This document shows, in pieces, positions 16,472 to 26,800 of a stretch of 64,000 nt of DNA. The notes beneath the pieces were generated by a model. It searched no databases, was not told where the DNA came from, and saw nothing but the letters and a program-made list of their open reading frames with translations. Source of the stretch: Candidatus Poseidoniales archaeon (GTDB lineage: Archaea; Thermoplasmatota; Poseidoniia; Poseidoniales; Thalassarchaeaceae). Where the stretch lies: positions 13,817-77,816 of the forward strand of contig DTUF01000047.1 of NCBI GenBank assembly GCA_012964335.1, read 5' to 3'. Within the stretch, counting starts at the first letter, position 1; every line of letters begins with the position of its first letter. A program made the position numbers and the translations under genes.

Positions 16472-17455
16472 CTAACCATGATGTTGACCAAAGTCACTTT
16501 GTTGTAGTAACCAATCACCTTCCATCACAGGTCCTTGGCGACAAGTCAATCGGTCACCAACCATACATAATCCACAAACAGCAATGGCACAAGGTAGGTA
16601 CCTCTCCATCGCGGCATAACAATCAATGCCAGCTTCAACAGCCATCGCAAGTACTGGTTTCATCATTGGTTCTGGGCCACAAGTAAGTAGCGTGCAATTG
16701 TCAGAGTCAAGCCCTTCGAGAAGTTTTTCAAGAGGTTGTGTTGGATAACCACGAATTCCTTGTGTCCCGTCGTCGGTAGTTATGGTAAGTGAGTCACTAA
16801 GGCCTTCCATTCGTTGTACATAGTGGGCTTCACTAGCATTTCTAAAACCCATGATAGTGTGTATTTTCAGGCGGCTACCGAGTTTATTTCTAGCCTCTCT
16901 AGCCATCATATGCATTGGTGTTGAGCCAATACCTCCTGAAACTAGAATCAGTGTACTGCCTGATTTTGGCGTTGGGAAAGTTGTACCAAATGGGCCTCTA
17001 ATTGCCAACCAATCTCCTATGGACATACGAGTTAATTCGCCACTTTGGCGACCCAAGTCTTTGATTGTAAATCCCATTAGCGTGTTCCCCACCTTACCTT
17101 CATCAGCAGCAGTGGTTTCATCAATTCCAGCCCGATCAATTTTGATGTCCCCGACACTGTATGGCTTTTCAGAGTTGAAATTTGTTCTACTCATTCCACC
17201 TTCTGCATCGTAAGGATTCCAGCACATGAAGAATTGTCCTGCCTTGTATGCAGTAGCCAATTCTGCAGGTACTTGTAGCCAAACGGTCACGACGCTTTCT
17301 GCTTCGTGGTCAATCTCCATAACTGGCAAAGGGATTGGTGCTAATATTTTGCCAGATTCCCTGAATTCTTTTGCCACCCTTTCACAGCAAATATCTGCTA
17401 ATTTTTGTAGGTCAAAGTCATCATCTCTTGTTTGTGGTGATGTTGCGAGGGTCAA
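16472..17455 (-). CDS. pyrK: Dihydroorotate dehydrogenase B electron-transfer subunit (FAD/2Fe-2S)
   Basis: Ferredoxin-reductase-like 'LILVSGGIGSTPM' plus the C-terminal Cys cluster 'CAIAVCGLCMVGDRLTCRQGPV'. Its start overlaps the pyrD stop by 4 nt (17452-17455). Confidence 0.8.
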   Translation of the reverse strand: MTLATSPQTRDDDFDLQKLADICCERVAKEFRESGKILAPIPLPVMEIDHEAESVVTVWLQVPAELATAYKAGQFFMCWNPYDAEGGMSRTNFNSEKPYSVGDIKIDRAGIDETTAADEGKVGNTLMGFTIKDLGRQSGELTRMSIGDWLAIRGPFGTTFPTPKSGSTLILVSGGIGSTPMHMMAREARNKLGSRLKIHTIMGFRNASEAHYVQRMEGLSDSLTITTDDGTQGIRGYPTQPLEKLLEGLDSDNCTLLTCGPEPMMKPVLAMAVEAGIDCYAAMERYLPCAIAVCGLCMVGDRLTCRQGPVMEGDWLLQQSDFGQHHG

Positions 17456-18411
17456 TTCAACCCCTCCATTGTGTCAAGTGCAATTCCTCTCATACTCTCA
17501 AGATCAGAATAACCTTGCACATCCATGAATTCGTTCAATTCGTTTTCTATCTCTCCGAAAACATCTGCATCACCATAAATGAGCGCACTGCCGATTTGAA
17601 CTGCTGTGGCACCAAGCATGATGAAGCGAGCAACATCTAGTCCAGTTGTGATTCCACCCATTGCTAGAATCGGTGCGGTAGGGATTTCTCCTCGCCGCAT
17701 TGCTAGGGCAACCTCTGCCACCTTCCGTTGGGCGATAGGACGAATCGAAGGACCTGACATCCCACATAGCAGATTACCTATAATTGGACGGCCAGCATAT
17801 GGGTCAACTTCCAGAGCTGACACGGTGTTGATGAGGGAAACACCGTCTGCACCCGCTTCTAAGGCCGCTCCTGCCTCAGTAGAGACTTGAGCGGTGTTCG
17901 GAGTCAGTTTGGCATAGACAGGGATTCCTACAGCCTGTTTTACGGCTGAAATATATTCTTTGATTAGTTCAGGTTGTTGTCCTACAATCAAGGCACGACT
18001 TCCTGGTTTGGCGTGAGGGCAGGATAAATTCAACTCCAAAGCGGTCGCTCCTGCAGCCTCCATTTTCTTTGCAATATCTGCAACCGATTCAGCATCAGGA
18101 CCGAAAATGGAAACCAACATCGGCTTAGAAAATTCATTTTGGGATAGCATCTCAGTAAAGGAGTCAACACCCGGGTTAGGAAGTCCCATTGCGTTAAGAA
18201 CAACTGAATCAGTTGATTCAACACAAACAGGCCCAGGATAGATTTCTCTTGCAACTGGGCCAATACTCTTTGAGACTAAGCCGCCACACCTGCTAGCTGC
18301 TACTCGATGTAAAGCTGCGGCGGTGCCACCTTGGACGCCACTTGCCAACATCAGTGGGTTTGCTAAAGCCAATCCGGGCACTTCAACGCCGAGTTCCGCC
18401 ATCCTGCTCAA
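17452..18411 (-). CDS. pyrD: Dihydroorotate dehydrogenase, class 1B catalytic subunit
   Basis: 'GLALANPLMLASG', 'NAMGLPNPG', 'LELNLSCPH', 'SLINT', 'GGITTGLDVARFIMLGATAVQIGSA'. Confidence 0.85.
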   Translation of the reverse strand: MSRMAELGVEVPGLALANPLMLASGVQGGTAAALHRVAASRCGGLVSKSIGPVAREIYPGPVCVESTDSVVLNAMGLPNPGVDSFTEMLSQNEFSKPMLVSIFGPDAESVADIAKKMEAAGATALELNLSCPHAKPGSRALIVGQQPELIKEYISAVKQAVGIPVYAKLTPNTAQVSTEAGAALEAGADGVSLINTVSALEVDPYAGRPIIGNLLCGMSGPSIRPIAQRKVAEVALAMRRGEIPTAPILAMGGITTGLDVARFIMLGATAVQIGSALIYGDADVFGEIENELNEFMDVQGYSDLESMRGIALDTMEGLN

Positions 18412-18441
18412 TAGGGCGGCTCAGCCGGCACTCTTCAAGCG

Positions 18442-18873
18442 TTGCGACTCATCGGCGCATATATGGCGGCTAGAGCGGGCTCACTTGGAGAAGCGGCACG
18501 CCGACTCCTAAAGTGCGAAAATGCACGTCTGGTTGTCCCAATTGAGATTATCTCAGAGGCACAGATACTGGCCTTGAAAATTAGTGATGAGTTACCAAGT
18601 ATTGTTCACGAGCCAAAAGTTGAACTCGGGGCAGAAGAAAACACAATTCGCGTTTGGTCACCAAATGGCCCTCTTGTTGCTCTGGGTGGGGCTGTGCAAA
18701 ATCTTGACATTGTTTGGGTGCCAATCGCCCGTGACGAATTAGAGAAGGTTTGGCTTAGTTTTGAACAAATCGTTTCAGACTTATTGTCTGCTGGTTATCC
18801 TGGTTGTATTGATTGTGCTGGGCCGGCTGCAACTGAACCATGGGATGAGGCGCAAAGCCGATTAGGATTTTGA
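18442..18873 (+). CDS. Hypothetical protein
   Basis: ORF only, no recognisable motifs. Alternative ATG at 18463. Its stop codon falls inside the terminal helix of the candidate RNA element downstream. Confidence 0.4.
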   Translation: MRLIGAYMAARAGSLGEAARRLLKCENARLVVPIEIISEAQILALKISDELPSIVHEPKVELGAEENTIRVWSPNGPLVALGGAVQNLDIVWVPIARDELEKVWLSFEQIVSDLLSAGYPGCIDCAGPAATEPWDEAQSRLGF

Positions 18874-19078
18874 AGTCGGCTTGGGAAAAATGAAATTTGA
18901 CGGCTTGGCTCGGGGAACTACGTTCCCCTGTAGGGGTTAATCCCTCCCAGCCTTCAACATGTTTTATCTAGGGTCGAGAAGGCGGGCAGAACTCGGATGC
19001 GGACTGAGTCGTTGGTGAACACAATTAGCCATCGGCGATTTCCTCGCTCGCGAGCGCACGTACGCGAAGCGACTTCAA
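18870..19078. ncRNA. Candidate structured RNA or 5' leader of unknown family (strand undetermined)
   Basis: Locally GC-rich. A 9-bp closing helix ttgaagtcg (18870-18878) / cgacttcaa (19070-19078). Nested stem 18902-18908/18946-18952 enclosing hairpins ggggaac-tac-gttcccc (18912-18928) and aggg-guuaau-ccct (18932-18945). Palindrome cgctcgcgagcg (19045-19056). No conserved family motif recognised. Confidence 0.3.
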
Positions 19079-19123
19079 TGGGTTACCTTGTTGAAGGCAT
19101 AAAATGTGCCTGGAGGAGTATCC

Positions 19124-21427
19124 ATGAAAATGCTAATAGTTGAATCAAAAGCCAAAGCGAAAACCATACAGAAATATCTTGGTAAGACTTACTTGGTACG
19201 GGCCTGTATGGGGCACGTTCAAGATTTACCATCGGGTAAACACAAGGACGCCCGTAAAGCAATGTGGGCATCAAAAGAGGACAGCCTACCACAACCACCT
19301 TGGAGTTTTACACCACGGGCGAAAAAAACCGTTGATATGCTTCAAAATGATGCTAGTAAAGCAAATGTTGATGAAATTCTACTTGCAACTGACCCTGACC
19401 GTGAGGGGGAATTCATCGCTTGGCGTCTTAGTGAACTACTCGGCGATATTGCACCATGTCGAAGAATTGTTTTTCATGAAATCACTATGCCAGCAATAGA
19501 AGAAGCAATAGCTGCAGCAGCTGAGATTGACCTCAATTTAGTGGATGCTGCTAAAGTGAGAAGATTCATGGATAGATTAGTAGGGTATCGAACTTCAAAA
19601 TTTGCCCGCTCCTGGCGTTTGAAATCAATGGGTCGCGTACAGACACCGACTCTTGGATTTGTAGTTGATAAAGAGTTGGAAAGGGAAGCATTCGTCCCAA
19701 CTCCTTACTTTGCAGTTAAAGCAAATGCTCAAGATATTAATTTCAACGCTAGATTTCATGAAACTGATGAAAAAGATGCATGGCGTGATCAAGAAGGAAA
19801 ATTTGATTCTAGCCGAACAAATAATGAGACTCTAGCTAAATCAGCCTACGATTCTCTTGTCTCAGAAGATAAATTGACAATCACCAATAATAAATCCTCA
19901 ACATACACCAGGAGAGCTCAGCCACCTTTTACCACCGATGCACTTCTACAGTCTGCCGGTAGTAGATGGGGAAGTTGGACCCCTAAGAGAACAATGAGAG
20001 TAGCCGGTGAGTTGTACAACGCCGGTCATATCACATACATCCGAACCGATTCAACCCGTACAAGTGGAACCGCACGAACATTAATCAAAGAACTGATTGA
20101 GAAAAGATGGGGTGCTGATCACATAGGAGCAGGAGTGTTGGGCAAGCAAGATGACAGTGCTCAAGATGCGCACGAAGCCATTCGACCAACAAGGCCAGAT
20201 GTACTTACACCTGAAGGAATGGGTAATGATGAGTTACAACTCTATCAACTGATTTGGGCTCGATTTACTGCTAGTCAGATGAACAATTCTGAATATCAGC
20301 GTCGTTCATTGATTGCTGAAGTTAAAGGATTTTCAAAGACATTGACTGGCACTTATTCATGGCGTACCCATCCCGGTTGGGAAGCCGCATTTGAGAACAT
20401 CTCAACATCTCATCCCAAAACATCTGAACCAGATTTCAACATTGAAGAGGGAGCAACATTGCAGATTGATAAGAATGATGACAGCCCCTCCTATATTGAA
20501 GATGAGACAAAGCCACCTCGTAGATATCGTCAACACAGTCTAGTAGCCGTAATGAAAGATGCAGGAATTGGTCGACCCTCAACTTATGCAACAACAATTG
20601 CTAAATTATTGGAACGGAAGTATGTCACGGATGAAAGTGGTTCATTAATTCCAACAGATGAAGGCCGTCTGTGCTGGTTAGAAGTCGCTCCAATGTACAC
20701 TAGCCAGGATGGTGAAACTCAAGTTTCTTTCTTATTTTCATCTGAATTTACAGCAGACATGGAAGAAAGGCTCGATGCTATTGAAGTTGGTAAAAGAGGC
20801 GCCCCCTCAGTTTGGAATGGATTTACCCTGCATTTCAGAGCACTTCACACTGCTGCACAAGAAATTCGTCGTTCAAAACCCACACCGAATCAGATGAATA
20901 AGTTCAAACAACTAACCAGTAAAATGGCAGAGTCTGAAATCGCCGAACATCTCAGTAATCGAGAGCCTGAAAGCCTTTCAGGTTCAGAAATGAGTGATGT
21001 CATCAAAGCAATTCTAGAATTAGGGTCTCCTCCAGCCACTGAAAAGCAAGCAAAGTTCGTAATCTCACTAGTTGATGATATTGAAGGCCTTGAACTCAAT
21101 GAGGCCTTAGCGACTGTGAAATTAGAAGATATTGACGACATGACAATGGAACATGCGAGTGAATTGATCAATACTCTCATTGAGAAGAGGGATGAAATTC
21201 CACGTCCAGCAAGTGATAAACAACTCAATTTGATTAAGAAGAAAATAGAACAATTGGAATCCACTGAAGCAGATGTTTGTAAATTAGTTGGAGCAGACTC
21301 GTTGTTAGAACTAACTGGTGGTCGGAAAGGTACTGCTAGTACTCTCATCACCGAACTCATCAACAAAACCGGCGGCCCTCGACGCGGAAGAGGGAAAAAG
21401 CGTGGCGGAAAGGGAAAAAAGAAGTAA
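19124..21427 (+). CDS. topA: DNA topoisomerase, type IA (TopA-like), with three C-terminal helical repeats and a K/R/G-rich tail
   Basis: 'LIVESKAKAKTIQKYLG', Toprim 'LATDPDREGEFIAWRL', 'GRVQTPTLGFVVD', active-site 'GHITYIRTDST'. GGAGG-like 'ggaggag' lies 6 nt upstream of ATG 19124. The track start at 19106 is less likely. Confidence 0.85.
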   Translation: MKMLIVESKAKAKTIQKYLGKTYLVRACMGHVQDLPSGKHKDARKAMWASKEDSLPQPPWSFTPRAKKTVDMLQNDASKANVDEILLATDPDREGEFIAWRLSELLGDIAPCRRIVFHEITMPAIEEAIAAAAEIDLNLVDAAKVRRFMDRLVGYRTSKFARSWRLKSMGRVQTPTLGFVVDKELEREAFVPTPYFAVKANAQDINFNARFHETDEKDAWRDQEGKFDSSRTNNETLAKSAYDSLVSEDKLTITNNKSSTYTRRAQPPFTTDALLQSAGSRWGSWTPKRTMRVAGELYNAGHITYIRTDSTRTSGTARTLIKELIEKRWGADHIGAGVLGKQDDSAQDAHEAIRPTRPDVLTPEGMGNDELQLYQLIWARFTASQMNNSEYQRRSLIAEVKGFSKTLTGTYSWRTHPGWEAAFENISTSHPKTSEPDFNIEEGATLQIDKNDDSPSYIEDETKPPRRYRQHSLVAVMKDAGIGRPSTYATTIAKLLERKYVTDESGSLIPTDEGRLCWLEVAPMYTSQDGETQVSFLFSSEFTADMEERLDAIEVGKRGAPSVWNGFTLHFRALHTAAQEIRRSKPTPNQMNKFKQLTSKMAESEIAEHLSNREPESLSGSEMSDVIKAILELGSPPATEKQAKFVISLVDDIEGLELNEALATVKLEDIDDMTMEHASELINTLIEKRDEIPRPASDKQLNLIKKKIEQLESTEADVCKLVGADSLLELTGGRKGTASTLITELINKTGGPRRGRGKKRGGKGKKK

Positions 21428-21493
21428 AATCCTGAAAAAATGTGAATTGCCGAGTGGCAAACTACGATAGAGGTCACCACCCCGCGTTGTTCA

Positions 21494-22702
21494 ATGTCTG
21501 GGCATCGAGTTGATGTTCTCATAGTCGGTGCTGGGCCCGTTGGTGGGTATTTAGCCGATAAATTAGCATCTTCAGGCCTTTCGGTACTTCTTCTTGAAGA
21601 ACATAAAGAGGTGGGCAGACCCTTCCAATGTGCTGGTCTAGTCAACCCTGATGCGATGGAGAAAGTTGGACTAGAGTCAACCATTCTTACATCTGTTTGG
21701 GGTGCGAGAATCCACAGTCCTAAAGGGACCTGCGTAGAAGTTGGTGAACGTGGTAAAATTAAAACTCATGTGGTTTGCCGTAAATTGTTTGATGAAGGGG
21801 TTGTGTCAAAAGCCTTAGACAAAGGGTCTGATATTTGGTTGAATTCCCGCCCAGTTTCTGCCGAGGTATCCAAAGATAATATTGTAGTCACAGTTGACAG
21901 AGCGGGCCAAACAGTTGAGGTTGAAGCATCGCTTTTATGCGGTGCAGATGGTGCACATTCATGGGTTCGCCGTTACTTCAAAATGGGACGACCCACAGAA
22001 TTGATGATTGGTTTCCAGGCTGAATTAGTTGGTTATTCGGGAGCTGAAGGGCGCCTTGACATGTTCACAGGTGAAGAGGTTGCTCCAGGACTTTTCGCAT
22101 GGGCAATTCCTAGTGGTAGGAGTTGGCGAATTGGGGTATGGTCTCTTGCAAATGACTTGAAAGGGCGAAGTTGTGAACAACTATACGAAACTCTCCTCAA
22201 TCATCCCATTTGGAAAGAGAGATTTGCGGGTGCTAAAGAAGTAGCAAGGTATTGTGGGCCTCTTCCTTGTGGGATTGTTGCCCATCCAGTTAAACAGCGA
22301 GTTGCACTTTTTGGCGACGCCGTTGGATTGTGTAAACCAACGACTGGGGGAGGGATAGGAAAAGCATTCCAACAAATTGATGAAATGGCTGAGGGTCTAA
22401 TCAAAGCAGTACAGACCAATCGACTTTCACTCTCAGACATGAAACGAATCGCGAAACCGCTGAAAGCGATGAAAAAAGACCAGAAGAGAGCGAGAATATT
22501 ACGGGATTTATTTCTTACAGATTGTGATGATGATAAATTGGAAAAAACTTTCAAAACCTTCGCAAAACCACAAGTCGTGAAATTAATCAATGAAAATGGA
22601 GATATTGAAAAACCAGTTGCATTAGGTATCAAGATGCTGAAAGAGGTGCCTGAATTCAGGAGCATGGCTGCTGGGGCTACTTGGGCATTACTGAAGGGGT
22701 GA
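21494..22702 (+). CDS. Geranylgeranyl reductase family flavoprotein (archaeal lipid saturase-like)
   Basis: 'DVLIVGAGPVGGYLADKLASSGLSVLLLEE' FAD-binding fold, 'CGADGAHSWVRR', 'LFGDAVGLCKPTTGGGI'. Confidence 0.8.
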   Translation: MSGHRVDVLIVGAGPVGGYLADKLASSGLSVLLLEEHKEVGRPFQCAGLVNPDAMEKVGLESTILTSVWGARIHSPKGTCVEVGERGKIKTHVVCRKLFDEGVVSKALDKGSDIWLNSRPVSAEVSKDNIVVTVDRAGQTVEVEASLLCGADGAHSWVRRYFKMGRPTELMIGFQAELVGYSGAEGRLDMFTGEEVAPGLFAWAIPSGRSWRIGVWSLANDLKGRSCEQLYETLLNHPIWKERFAGAKEVARYCGPLPCGIVAHPVKQRVALFGDAVGLCKPTTGGGIGKAFQQIDEMAEGLIKAVQTNRLSLSDMKRIAKPLKAMKKDQKRARILRDLFLTDCDDDKLEKTFKTFAKPQVVKLINENGDIEKPVALGIKMLKEVPEFRSMAAGATWALLKG

Positions 22703-22731
22703 GTAAATTGGCAAAATGGACACATCTTAGC

Positions 22732-23796
22732 ATGCGATATCCTCCTTTTGATGCACCGTCTCACATCCCAAAGGAGATGTATAAAACAGATATTTATTGG
22801 CCACATCGAGATGATAATGAGAATGATTTGTCCCTTGGTTCGACTAATGGCTGGTTCATTCATCGTTCAGTTTCTGATGACCCACCAAAATCCGCAAAAT
22901 TAATTCATGAGCATGATTCTAAATCTGAAACAGAGAAACTCCTTTCATCTCGGATAGGTTGGGGGTTATCCCCTCACCCATTACATTCTATAGCAAGGAG
23001 ATGGATCCCATACGGGGTTGTCATTCTAATTTTTGCAATTGTAATGCACGTACTTGAACCAGTACTGCTAGGAGGTGGTTTCATTTCAGAAAGGATTGCA
23101 GGTAGCATTAATCTAGGGCTCTTGGATTATCCAATATTATTTGTGATGGCAGCACCTTTCGTAGTGATTCCAATTATTTTTAGGGTGCTTGGTAATGTTG
23201 CAGATATTAGAAGTCAACATATGTTTAAAAATAATTTACCTAAATCGCCAAAAATTACCGTGAGCAACTCTAATACAACTGGCCCAATAAAAGTGAAAGT
23301 AACGATTCCTGACCAATTTGAAAAACGTGAATTGTATGGTTTTATTCGGGTTGGATTATTACCTCCTCACCGAAATGCAATGATGTCAGCGTTGAGTGGG
23401 GATGAATTAGATTATCCACCTGTAGGGTTGTCAACTCCACTTCCTAGTGGATGGATGAAACATGCTGATGATGGTTCTGGAATCGGTGAGTCAACACCAA
23501 TGTTGATTGGCAGGGGTTCTAGTAGTCTCTTCATTGAACCAATGCGAATTCAAGTGAGTGGGCCTAGACAATTTATTTCCTCAGATGTTGAGATTGAATT
23601 AGAAACTCCAAATGGTCCTTGGCCAGCTAGTGAGTATGGGCCATTTGTCAATATAAATTGGGAATTGGTACTTGAATTCCATAGTGGGCGAAATCGCCCT
23701 CTATATTGGATTGAGCGACTTAGTGTTGGGTCAGCAGACAATTCACACTCGGTGCCACAATTAATTGCCCATGGTGGCCGTCTAGAGTCAACTTGA
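22732..23796 (+). CDS. Hypothetical membrane protein
   Basis: Three hydrophobic segments (YGVVILIFAIVMHVL; ILFVMAAPFVVIPIIF) followed by a beta-rich C-terminal region. ATG at 22732 preferred over TTG at 22681, which overlaps the upstream gene. Confidence 0.45.
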   Translation: MRYPPFDAPSHIPKEMYKTDIYWPHRDDNENDLSLGSTNGWFIHRSVSDDPPKSAKLIHEHDSKSETEKLLSSRIGWGLSPHPLHSIARRWIPYGVVILIFAIVMHVLEPVLLGGGFISERIAGSINLGLLDYPILFVMAAPFVVIPIIFRVLGNVADIRSQHMFKNNLPKSPKITVSNSNTTGPIKVKVTIPDQFEKRELYGFIRVGLLPPHRNAMMSALSGDELDYPPVGLSTPLPSGWMKHADDGSGIGESTPMLIGRGSSSLFIEPMRIQVSGPRQFISSDVEIELETPNGPWPASEYGPFVNINWELVLEFHSGRNRPLYWIERLSVGSADNSHSVPQLIAHGGRLEST

Positions 23797-23878
23797 TGGC
23801 AACCTTACTTTTGTTGCCAAATTATTTGACTTGGTACTCTCTCGGAAAATCGTGCACAAAAATAGTTTGCTCGCTAGT

Positions 23879-26800
23879 ATGTTGGTTTCGGTCTTACTTT
23901 TTTCAGGTTGCTTCGGCTTTTTTGAGAAGAGTTCCGATATTACAGATACAATAGACGAGTCTCCTTTGATTGTAGCAAATGATGTTGCTGATATCAACTA
24001 TGGTGCTTCGGTGCATGTTAGTGGAAGCGTAACTGATGAACTCCCAACTGAAGCAAGAGTGACAATAGCATTCTCAATACCTTGGGGTACTGTATACGAA
24101 ACCCCTGACGATGAGGGCAATTGGCAGTTTAGTCTTGGCGGACTTGAACCAGGGGATTACAACGTATCTTTCACAGCAGTCGATGATAATGACCAATCGT
24201 CTGATACGATTACCAAGAGTTTTACTGTGCATCCACCATCTGAACAGGATGTTGTAATGGTTATTTGGAGAACCGATATACGTTACGAAGTTGGTGAAGA
24301 AACGTCAATAACAGGACAATTGACACATTCTACATTATCTTCATGCACACTCACCTATTCTCTCATTTCAGATGGTGAACCTACATCTGATCCAATTAAT
24401 TTTGATGATTCAAGTGGAATGTTTTCAATTTCATTAGGGGTTTTGAGTGGGTATAGCAATGGAACTGTTACCGCAAATTGTGGCCAATATACTATTTCAG
24501 AAAATAGTGTATTAGTTTCCACCCAGCCTTTGGAACAACCGATATCAGACCTTGATGGGGACGGTGTTGCTGATGAATTTGACGATTGTGAAGATGGTGA
24601 ATCATTCTCATCTTCTTTGACCACAGACTATGATTCTGATGGGTGTTACGACCTATCTGAAGACCTTGATGACGATAACGATGGCTTGGGTGACACAATT
24701 GATAATTGTCCAAAGGGTATTCTTGGCTGGCTTTCAACACCAATAGTTGACAAAGATAGTGATGGTTGCCGTGACATAGATGAAGATGATGATGATGATG
24801 GAGATACTATCCTAGACCTAGTTGACTCATGTTTAGATTCGCCTTATGGTTGGATATCCAACTTTGTAACTGATTACGATAGAGATGGATGCCGCGATTC
24901 AGATTCAGATATTGATGATGACAATGATGGAATTGTTGACTCATTAGATAATTGCCCAACTGGTGTAATCGGATGGCTGCCAGACATTCTTAATGACCAA
25001 GATTCAGATGGTTGTCGCGATTCGGATGAAGATGATGATGATGACAATGATTCAGTATTTGACGATAATGATTCATGTCCCAATACTCTGGCAAACTACT
25101 CGGTAAACGAATATGGTTGTGCACCATACGAGTGGGACGAAGATGGAGACGGAGTAATGGATGATTCAGACACCTGTCAAGGGACCCCTAGTGGCTTGGT
25201 AGTAAACGAACAAGGGTGTGCTGACTTAGACGGTGACGGGGTATTTGCAAATATTGACCAATGCCCAAATTCACCTCCCAGATGGTCTGTTGATAGTATT
25301 GGATGTGCAGTTATTCAAAATCCCGTTACATGGGATTCAGGTCCTTACTCTTCAGCACGTTTTGGTAAAAGTGCTGACTTTAACTTTGCAACAAAGTACG
25401 ATGGTAATTGGAGGCTTACATCCGAATGGGATGGTAATAGCACTTATCTATTCATTTTCCTACAGAGTTCAAGTTCATACATGAGTACAATTTGGAATCA
25501 AAATGTTGGTACATTATTGAGTGCGGTTCCAAGGAATTGTCATATTTTCTTCGGTTCATATGATAGTGATTGGCAATCCGATGTAGACACGATGGCTAGT
25601 AGAGTTAGTTCATACAAGAATAGTCAGAATACAGAGGGTAAATCTTGGGTAGATGATAATGTTCACTTCGTGTATCAACAGGCTGGCTCAATAGGCGGCG
25701 GTCTTGGTAGTGTTATTTCTTCGTGGAGTCAGTTTTACTATGGCATTGATAGATTTCAACAATGGCGTGAAGTTGGTTCCCTCTACAATTGGGCAAAGAC
25801 ATTTTCTTCTGACCCCGATTACAGATTTGACTATCTAGCAAAGGAACCCCAAATGTGGAACGCAGAGTTCCCAGTAGAGATGCGTAAGCATGACCCAGCG
25901 GTTACTGTGGTAGATTTGTGGGACGCCCAACGTCATACTGGAGGTTGGAGTAGTGGCCATAAGTCATTTGCGAATGGCACATTCCCTGATGCAGCAACTA
26001 TGTTGACATTCAACACTATGGAAGTTTACATGCACCACGGCTGTAATGAAAGACGTGATAGATATCAGAAGGGAGATGGTAGTTGGGGTGGTTGCCATGA
26101 GTGGGATTACGATCAGAGGTTGAATATCTGTCAAGAGTTTGGAAACCATTCTACATGTGGTGACGAATTTGTCCGATACATCACAACCTATGGGAGAGAA
26201 GGCCGATGGTTAACAGACATCAGCCCTTACTTGTTCATGCTAAAGAATGGAGGTCAACAAGAGTTCCGTTATGGTGGGGCTAACGGTGGGTGGCTCAACA
26301 TTTCAGTATACCTCTCAACTTGGGAGGATGATGGGATGAGACCAACATCTGCAGAATATGCTTTCAGTGGCGGTTCATTTCGAGGCCAGTATAACAATGA
26401 ATCAATGTACAAACGGGTTCATGATTTAAACATCCCAGCAGGTACTGACAAGGTAGTAATATCTTCAGTTGTTACAGGTCATGGTTTTGGTAAGGATGAT
26501 GCTAATTGTGCGGAATTCTGCAACCACGAGCATCGCTTCTCAATGAATGGCCAAGTCACTCAGGAAGATTTCCCGATGGCTGGAAATGGTACTGTCAGTA
26601 GTGATAGAGAAGGATGTGCCAAATCAACAGATATGGGTACGGTAGCTAATCAGAAAGGTTCGTGGCCTTATGGTAGGGCAGGATGGTGTGCGGGTCAAGA
26701 CACTAAACCATGGGTTTGGGATATTTCACATTGGGTGGATTGGTCCGGTGGTGCGAATATGTTGCAATATCAAGGATTATACAATGGCGTAAATTATGTT

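Noticed and set aside
18902-18952. tRNA-like mini-cloverleaf (7-bp closing stem plus two hairpins); possible tRNA, split tRNA half or H/ACA sRNA
   Set aside because: It is only 51 nt, with no D-arm or anticodon arm of proper geometry. The T-loop-like hairpin has a 6-nt loop and 4-bp stem without the UUCRAAU consensus. There is no K-turn or a proper pseudouridylation pocket, despite an ACA 5 nt downstream.
18870-19078. RNase P RNA or TPP riboswitch identity for the GC-rich element
   Set aside because: Neither strand has the CR-I 'GAGGAAAGUCC' / CR-V 'ACAGAA..GGCUUA' pair; the closest match is 'GAGGAAAUCGCC' on the minus strand. About 210 nt is short for type A RNase P. The TPP consensus (CUGAGA...ACCUGAUCUGGAUAAUGCCAGCG) is not matched, and the downstream gene is topA.
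20890-21684. 264-aa minus-strand ORF
   Set aside because: It runs antisense across the topA 3' end, the intergenic spacer and the 5' end of the geranylgeranyl reductase gene. Its composition is S/P/R-rich junk.
24540-25100. Periodic repeats that might suggest a CRISPR array or satellite
   Set aside because: They lie in-frame within a long ORF and encode TSP3 D-rich units. There is no repeat-spacer organisation, and the repeats are imperfect. The same applies to 8880-9420 and 31500-34300.
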